From: an uncultured Pseudomonadota bacterium
Lineage (GTDB): Bacteria > Myxococcota_A > Polyangia > Fen-1088
Length of the DNA: 15,413 nucleotides
Assembly (NCBI GenBank): GCA_963847705.1
Contig: CAWKBC010000046.1
Coordinates: 1-15,413 of the forward strand
Reading direction: 5' to 3'
The first letter of the stretch is position 1. Every line of letters starts with the position of its first letter. The position numbers and the translations under genes were made by a program. Below are positions 10,031 through 15,413 of the stretch, piece after piece. The notes under the pieces were generated by a model. That model saw only the letters and a list, made by a program, of their open reading frames with translations, was not told the origin of the DNA and searched no databases.

Positions 10031-11887
10031 ATGGCGATCTACCTGGTCGGAGAGACGATAGACGCCAAACGAGCATACCAGCGCGCCCAAATCGGCGAGT
10101 TGATCCCGCTCGTTCGCGGCGTCTATGCCGATCACGACGGCGACACAGAGATGGCTATCCTGGGCCACGCCGTCCGCATCGCGCATTACCTATACCCAAA
10201 CGCCTACCTATCATCCGCCAGCGCGGTCCTGCTCGCGCCCACCCCGGATGGGCGCCTCTTCATCAGTGGCCGCCGCAACCAGCGCACAAGGTTGCGGACC
10301 CTGGAGATCATCCAAAACGAAGCGCCGAGCCACCCCTCGACGGCGATCGCCGTCATTGGCGATGATCTCGGAGAACTGCGCATCGCCGCGTCGTCGCCAC
10401 GACAGCGCTTCCTCGAAGCCTTTCGGCTGAGGAGCGAGCACGCCAGCGCCATCACCGCCGAGATGCGCGCGCAAATGGCCGCGCGGTTGGTGGCGGAACA
10501 CGGCACGCCCCAGGCGGCGGCTGATGCGGTTTGGGCACTTGCCCGCGAGAACGAATGGTATCGGGAGGGCGAGGGCGCCGAACGCTTTCTCCTCGCCAAA
10601 CCCGGCGGCGCGGCGCCTGTGAACAAGGCCGCGCTCAATCTTTTGGTCGCCTGGCACGGCGATCTGGTCGGTCGGTTGACCCATGACGGCTTCGAGTGGC
10701 GTTGGAAACCCGAGCGGCGCACCGGTCCGGCGCTCATCCGCGAGACGATTCCTGGCAAATTGCCGGCCTTCATCGAATCGTTGCTGCCCGAGGGCTGGCT
10801 CGCCCAGGTCCTGCATGAACGCGACGAGCGCGACACCCTGCGAAGTGGTCGACGCTACATGTCGAACATCGCCATCGTCGAAGACCGCGATCAGCGGGCG
10901 GCGCTGCCGGCCGACGTGCTGTCGACCCCACTCGCCAGCTTTGCCGCCGACGGTCGCTTCACAGGGGTCTATGCCGGCCCCCGACGCGGCGAAATCGAAG
11001 AGACTTTCGAGCAGAATCTGGCGCGCATGTTTGCGCGCGCCGAAACGCCACGCTTGTCGGGCGTCCAGATCAAGGCGCCGATGAGCCTGACCGAGGACGG
11101 CGCCCTGGTCCCGGCGATCGACCAGCCCTTCACCCACATCCTGAAGCCGGCCGGCACAGCGGGCTTCGACATGCTGCCGATCGTCGAATGGCTGTGCCTC
11201 GAACTCGGGCGCGCCGCGGGGTTCGAGACGCCAGACGCCGCGTTGATTGCGATGCCGGACGGCATGCCGCCGGCCCTGGTGGTCGAACGGTTCGACATCA
11301 GGCGGGGACCGCACGATCAGCGCCGTCTCGCGATGGAGGATTTTTGCTCCATCTTGGATCTTCCGACATCGGCGAAATACGACGGAACGATCGAGAGGAT
11401 GGCGCGCGCCTTGCGCCCGCTGTCCACTGATCCGGCCTCGGACCTCAACATCCTGTTCCGACGCGCGGTGTTCGCCTGGTTGATCGCCGATGGCGATATG
11501 CACCTGAAGAATCTCGCCGTCCTCAAGACGGCCGAAGTGGGGGCGAAAACGTTCACTTCCGTCCGTTTTGCGCCCCTCTACGATGCCGTGACCACGCGGG
11601 TTTTCCCAGGCCTTGCCGGCGATCGAATGGCCCTGAAACTGAATGGCAAGGATGATCGTCTGACGCGCCAGGATTTTATCGCCTTGGCGCGCACAATCGG
11701 TCTCAGGGTCGAGGATGCTGAAGCCGGGCTCGACGCCCTCGCAACGCGCGTCACTGATCGCCTTCTGACCCTTCAGCTCCCCGCTTTCGCCGGTGAGTTC
11801 GATGGCGCCAAGACCGTGCGCGATAAGGTTGAGGCCATCGTAGCCGCACGTTGCGTGTCTCTTTCCACGAAAAGCCGGTCTGAATGA
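10031..11887 (+). CDS. HipA-family Ser/Thr kinase (618 aa) with a ~195-aa N-terminal AbiEi-like extension
   Basis: Kinase motifs RLSGVQIK, HILKP, LVVERFD, MEDFCSIL, DGDMHLKN, FAPLYD; HipA N-subdomain LLVAWHGDLVGRL...LPAFIESLLPEGWL. Start set at ATG 10031 after GGGA; the track start at 9344 overlaps lysR antisense. Confidence 0.88.
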   Translation: MAIYLVGETIDAKRAYQRAQIGELIPLVRGVYADHDGDTEMAILGHAVRIAHYLYPNAYLSSASAVLLAPTPDGRLFISGRRNQRTRLRTLEIIQNEAPSHPSTAIAVIGDDLGELRIAASSPRQRFLEAFRLRSEHASAITAEMRAQMAARLVAEHGTPQAAADAVWALARENEWYREGEGAERFLLAKPGGAAPVNKAALNLLVAWHGDLVGRLTHDGFEWRWKPERRTGPALIRETIPGKLPAFIESLLPEGWLAQVLHERDERDTLRSGRRYMSNIAIVEDRDQRAALPADVLSTPLASFAADGRFTGVYAGPRRGEIEETFEQNLARMFARAETPRLSGVQIKAPMSLTEDGALVPAIDQPFTHILKPAGTAGFDMLPIVEWLCLELGRAAGFETPDAALIAMPDGMPPALVVERFDIRRGPHDQRRLAMEDFCSILDLPTSAKYDGTIERMARALRPLSTDPASDLNILFRRAVFAWLIADGDMHLKNLAVLKTAEVGAKTFTSVRFAPLYDAVTTRVFPGLAGDRMALKLNGKDDRLTRQDFIALARTIGLRVEDAEAGLDALATRVTDRLLTLQLPAFAGEFDGAKTVRDKVEAIVAARCVSLSTKSRSE

Positions 11888-11970
11888 TCGGGCTGAAAAT
11901 GGCGACCGCAGCACCCGACCTCCGACAGTCACTGCGCCCAGTCTTCATTACCCTCGATCCGGAGAGGTGA

Positions 11971-11998
11971 CGCGCGGATCGACATCCGCTCGGTTTTT
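11971..11998 (+). terminator. Possible intrinsic terminator downstream of the HipA-like gene
   Basis: Hairpin CGcGCGGAT-CGAC-ATCCGCtCG followed by GTTTTT. Confidence 0.35.
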
Positions 11999-12021
11999 CA
12001 AACGTCGAAGTGAAGTTCTCA

Positions 12022-13212
12022 ATGAACCCAAAAAAGAAAATCAAACGGTCGGCATTGCATCGCATGGTCTGGGAAGAGGCGCTTTCAAAGCTGGCGCCGA
12101 AACTCGGTTTGTCCGACGTCGGCCTGCGCAAGATCTGCAAACGCCACAACATTCCGTTGCCGCCACAAGGTTATTGGGCGAGATCGCCGGAACGACGGCT
12201 CGCCGAAGCGAATACCCTTGCCGCAACCTGACAAAGACTGGGATCTTGAATTCATCATTCCGCCGCAGGCGACGCCCGAAGGGAACAAAGCGAGCTGGAC
12301 GAGAAATTCGGGCCGCAGATCGCGGCAGAGAGTCTGCCTGAAAATCAGATTGCCGTGGTCGCGAACCAAGAGCCGCGCCATTTGATGACGAAAGCCGTCG
12401 CAAAGCGCTTGGAAAAGGCGCGTGCGGACCAGTACGGCGGGATCACCTGCGCGATCCCGGCGGCATTTCGCGTACGCGTGCCGCGAGAGTCGATTGATCG
12501 CGCCCTCGGCATCATTGACGCGCTCGCCGTAGCGTTCGACGCGCGTGGTCTAGCCATTGAGAAAGGAGCAGAAAACGGCACGGCCGAAGTCCGGGTCGGC
12601 GGCCAATTGCTGCGCCTTAGCCTTGAGGAAACCTCGTCCCGCCAGGTTCATCGAGCGACAGAAGTCGAAAGGGATGCAATCCGCCGGCGCGGCTACAGTT
12701 CTGCGCCGCTCTATGATTTTCGCCCGAGCGGGAACATGACGCTCAAGATCGAGAATATCTGGCAGGCAGGCGTTCAATCCTCCTGGCGAGATACGTCAGC
12801 CCGGCGGATCGAGGATCGGCTCAATGAGGTCATGGCCGGCCTCTACAGAGCCGCTCACGCCATAGACATCAAGGAACGGAAGGAAGCCGAGCGCCAGCGG
12901 CGCGTCGACGCCGAGAATGCTCGCCGCGCCGGCCTTCGGAGCGAGCGCGAGAACGAGGCAAAATTCTTCACTCAACTCGAGGCCAGCGCCAAAGACTGGC
13001 ATCGCGCTGAAATACTGCGCGGCTTCGCTGCCGCGGTTGAGGCGAAGGCCCGCCAAATTGACGGAACTCTGCCTGAGGATAAGGCGGCGTGGGTGTTGCG
13101 GGCGCGACGGATTGCGGACCGCGTCGATCCGTTGACGCCAAACCCGCCGTCGCCGCTCGACTACGCGGACGCCGACCTGCGGCCGCTCTATGGTTGGGAA
13201 ACCTTGGATTAA
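12022..13212 (+). CDS. Conserved hypothetical protein (~396 aa) with an HTH-like N-terminus; two compensating frameshifts (~12200, ~12282)
   Basis: RSALHRMVWEEALSKLAPKLGLSDVGLRKICKRHNIPLPPQGYWAR, then PKRIPLPQPDKDWDLEFIIPPQATPEG in the +1 frame, then back in frame EQSELDEKFGPQIAAESLPENQIAVV...WHRAEILRGFAAAVE...ARRIADRVDPL. Track ORFs 12010..12231 and 12355..13212 share a frame. Confidence 0.7.
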
Positions 13213-13280
13213 AGCATTCCGCATTACCTCAATCGCCATAGACACTGAGCAGAGGTCAGTCTTTAGGGCGGTTGGTATTA

Positions 13281-13423
13281 CTTGGACGGAAAAACATTCT
13301 CTTTAAGAATATCAAGTGGTCGGTCCGACCACGGACAATCGAGTGGGATCCGTTTCCGTCAAGAAATCCGGAACCTGATCGCCAAACGGACCGATTTTTT
13401 CGGTCGTCAAATCCGTACGGATT
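13281..13423. repeat. Cluster of short palindromes and ACGGA/TCCGT repeats
   Basis: GTGGTCGG-T-CCGACCAC (13316-13332), GACCGA-TTTTT-TCGGTC (13389-13405), AATCCGTACGGATT (13410-13423); seven ACGGA/TCCGT copies in about 140 bp. Confidence 0.65.
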
Positions 13424-13530
13424 GGTGATCCTGCCCTCGTGCGCGATCATGCCGCCGATATCAGCTAGGGCATTGCGGGGCTTTTTTCGATGGCCGCTAA
13501 ATCATCTTCGCGGGCCTGGTGGACCATGGC

Positions 13531-13565
13531 TCAATCTTGCGCGCAGCAATTTCGCGCAAGATTGA
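13531..13565. repeat. Perfect 13-bp inverted repeat with 9-bp spacer
   Basis: TCAATCTTGCGCG-CAGCAATTT-CGCGCAAGATTGA. Confidence 0.85.
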
Positions 13566-13582
13566 ATCCAAAACGCGCGAGT

Positions 13583-13744
13583 TTAAGGCTTATGCGCAGG
13601 ACTGGTTACGCGCAGGACCGCTTCGGCCTGGATGGACTTGGAGCGCGCCATCATTCGATCGCCGCCTCGAACGCGGTTGCTCCGCGCCAATCCGACCAGC
13701 AGAACTTCACCGTCCAGATCGAGGTGGACCTCGAAATCAGCCAT
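13583..13744 (-). pseudogene. Truncated HipA-family toxin, N-terminal ~28 codons only
   Basis: MADFEVHLDLDGEVLLVGLARSNRVRG resembles the start of XRE-paired HipA toxins, and its ATG overlaps the XRE stop (ATGGCTGA). The frame closes at 13583 with no kinase motifs. Confidence 0.6.
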
Positions 13745-14071
13745 TCCGCGGTCCTGCGGGGGGCGGCGCGAGGTGGACACGTTTGGGCAGGGCCGCACTC
13801 GCCAGCACCTGTCCGGTGGGATCGTTGCCGATGTCGGCGAGGTTTCCGAGACCTTCCAGCATGCCGAGCGCCTGGAGAACGCCGGCATAGATCCCGATGC
13901 TGACGTTGCGTCCCCCGCCTCGATCCGCTGGAGGGTCGAGCGCGACGTGAATGCGCGTTCGGCCACCACAGCCATGGGCAGCCGCCGGCGCCGACGGGCG
14001 TCGCGGATGTCAGCACCAAGCTTGCGCAAGGCACGCCGAACGGCCGCGGAGGGAGTATGGGGTGTCGGCAA
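13737..14071 (-). CDS. XRE/HipB-like helix-turn-helix antitoxin (~111 aa), with a -1 frameshift near 13908
   Basis: TTG start after AGGAAGG; LRKLGADIRDARRRRRLPMAVVAERAFTSRSTLQRIEAGD. Adding one base continues as NVSIGIYAGVLQALGMLEGLGNLADIGNDPTGQVLASAALPKRV...RNG*. Confidence 0.8.
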
Positions 14072-14102
14072 GTGACGCCTTCCTGAGCCAGTAAACGAGA
14101 AT

Positions 14103-14131
14103 AATGTAGCACGAAGTTCACAAAAACGCCA
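14103..14131 (-). promoter_or_regulatory. Possible extended -10 promoter of the XRE gene
   Basis: Minus strand TGGCGT-17 bp-TACATT with TG one base before the -10, about 30 bp upstream of the TTG start. Confidence 0.3.
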
Positions 14132-14299
14132 GTGGACCCTCAAGGCCGGGCTACGTTCAGGTTTAATCCATCGCCGCCTCGCCGATCACGGGGATATGCT
14201 TTCCGCTCTTGGTGCCCGGAAAACTGATGGCATGGTCTTGCCCCTGCACCAGGCGCGCTGAAGGCCCAGCGCCTTCAACGGCCAGCCGTCTTGGCAACT

Positions 14300-15413
14300 T
14301 TACCTTGGTAGCGGATCGGTCCCTTGATCGAGCAAGGCAAGATAGTCCGCGTAGGCGTAAATCCGGCCGCGTTGCCGTCCAGTGGTCTCGCGCACGATAT
14401 CGACCTTGATCAAATTATTCAGCGCGATCCCGGCGGTGGGAAAGGAGACGCCGAGCTTTTCTGAAACCGTCTGGATGGTGACGATCGGGCTGGCCTGCAT
14501 CAGTTCATGGACCCGAAGCGCTGACGCGGCGGCGCGGCCGAGGCGGGCAATCTTCTGTCGATGGGCGTCGAACATGGCGATCAGATCGCGCGCCGTCGCC
14601 GCGGCTTGTTCGGCGGTCTCCGCAACGCCGGTCAGGAAGAACTCCATCCAGGTCTCCCACGTCCCGGCCTGCCGGACCTCCTGCAGGAGCCGGTAATAGT
14701 CGTCGCGCCGGGATTTCAGGAACAGGCTGAGATAGAGGATCGGCTCGCGCAGCACCCCCGCCTCACACAGGATCAGCGTGATGAGCAGCCGGCCCAGGCG
14801 CCCGTTGCCGTCGAGAAAGGGATGGATCGTCTCGAACTGGACGTGGGCCAGGCCCGCCCGGATGAGCGGGGGCAGCGCCGGATCCTCGCTGTGTAGGAAG
14901 CGCTCCAGCGCATCCAGGCATTCGTCCAGCCGGTTCGGCGGCGGCGGCACGAACAGAGCGTTGCCAGGCCGGGTTCCGCCGATCCAGTTCTGCGAGCGGC
15001 GGAACTCGCCCGGTTGCTTTGCAGCGCCCCGCCCGGACTTGAGCAGGATGGCGTGCATCTCGCGGATCAGCCGGAGCGACAGGGGAAATCCGCCCCGCAT
15101 CCGGGAGACGCCATGCTCGATCGCCGCGACGTAGTTGGAAACCTCGGTCACGTCGTCGAGTTCGACCGTCGGCGCCTCGTGATTTTCGAACAGCAGGAGG
15201 TCCGACAGCGAGGATTGCGTGCCCTCGATCTGCGAGGACAGGAGGGCTTCCTTGCGGACGTACATGTAGAGAAACAAGGGCGTCGAGGGTAGGATCGTCG
15301 TCACGCCATCGAGGCGCCCGACCGCGGCGATGGCGCGTTCGTAGACGCGCATGAACCGCCCAAGCTCGAGCGCCGGCTTCGGCGGCAGCGGGGCGGGCAC
15401 ATAGGCGCGCACG
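14300..15413 (-). CDS. Fic-family protein (N-terminal Fic_N region, Fic core, C-terminal HTH-like region); true start probably beyond the window edge
   Basis: Catalytic loop HPFLDGNGRLGR; inhibitory motif SSQIEG; PGEFRRSQNWIGG; C-terminal IVTIQTVSEKLGVSFPTAGIALNNLIKVDIVRETTGRQRGRIY. Confidence 0.93.
   Translation of the reverse strand, partial: VRAYVPAPLPPKPALELGRFMRVYERAIAAVGRLDGVTTILPSTPLFLYMYVRKEALLSSQIEGTQSSLSDLLLFENHEAPTVELDDVTEVSNYVAAIEHGVSRMRGGFPLSLRLIREMHAILLKSGRGAAKQPGEFRRSQNWIGGTRPGNALFVPPPPNRLDECLDALERFLHSEDPALPPLIRAGLAHVQFETIHPFLDGNGRLGRLLITLILCEAGVLREPILYLSLFLKSRRDDYYRLLQEVRQAGTWETWMEFFLTGVAETAEQAAATARDLIAMFDAHRQKIARLGRAAASALRVHELMQASPIVTIQTVSEKLGVSFPTAGIALNNLIKVDIVRETTGRQRGRIYAYADYLALLDQGTDPLPR

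Noticed and set aside
10211-11932. 573-aa antisense ORF
   Set aside because: Mirror frame of the HipA-like gene; no independent RBS or domain evidence.
11994-12001. TTTTTCAA as a Tn4371-type att core (TTTTTCAT)
   Set aside because: Short, imperfect and without a partner site in the window.
13272-13903. Small ORFs 13272..13565, 13490..13903, 13519..13890 and 13256..13450
   Set aside because: No recognisable motifs or RBS; they overlap palindromes or the antisense xre-hipA remnant.
13583-14143. 186-aa track ORF as a single XRE fusion protein
   Set aside because: Created by one missing base near 13908 that joins the xre N-terminus in frame to the hipA remnant.
14259-14277. Hairpin TGAAGGC-CCAGC-GCCTTCA downstream of the fic stop
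   Set aside because: No U-tract on either strand, so it cannot be called a terminator.

Overview
GC-rich, probably alphaproteobacterial DNA. Bases 1-8666 are the 3' part of a P-type (Trb) conjugative type IV secretion operon in the order trbB-C-D-E-J-K-L-F-G-I, followed by a DUF2274-like gene. This order, without trbH, is typical of Tn4371-like and related integrative conjugative elements. A convergent, heavily frameshifted LysR regulator follows. The cargo region, more AT-rich in places, holds: (i) a 618-aa HipA-family kinase with an extra N-terminal AbiEi-like domain and no adjacent hipB, preceded by two 31-bp palindromic operators over a plausible promoter; (ii) a ~396-aa hypothetical protein with an HTH-like N-terminus, split by two compensating frameshifts; (iii) a palindrome-dense non-coding stretch; (iv) an XRE antitoxin gene with a truncated hipA remnant; (v) a Fic protein cut by the window edge. 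Many genes carry single-base indels, mostly in short base runs, which look like sequencing errors, so several ORFs in the supplied track are artefactual. Family calls rest on motif recognition by eye, not database searches.
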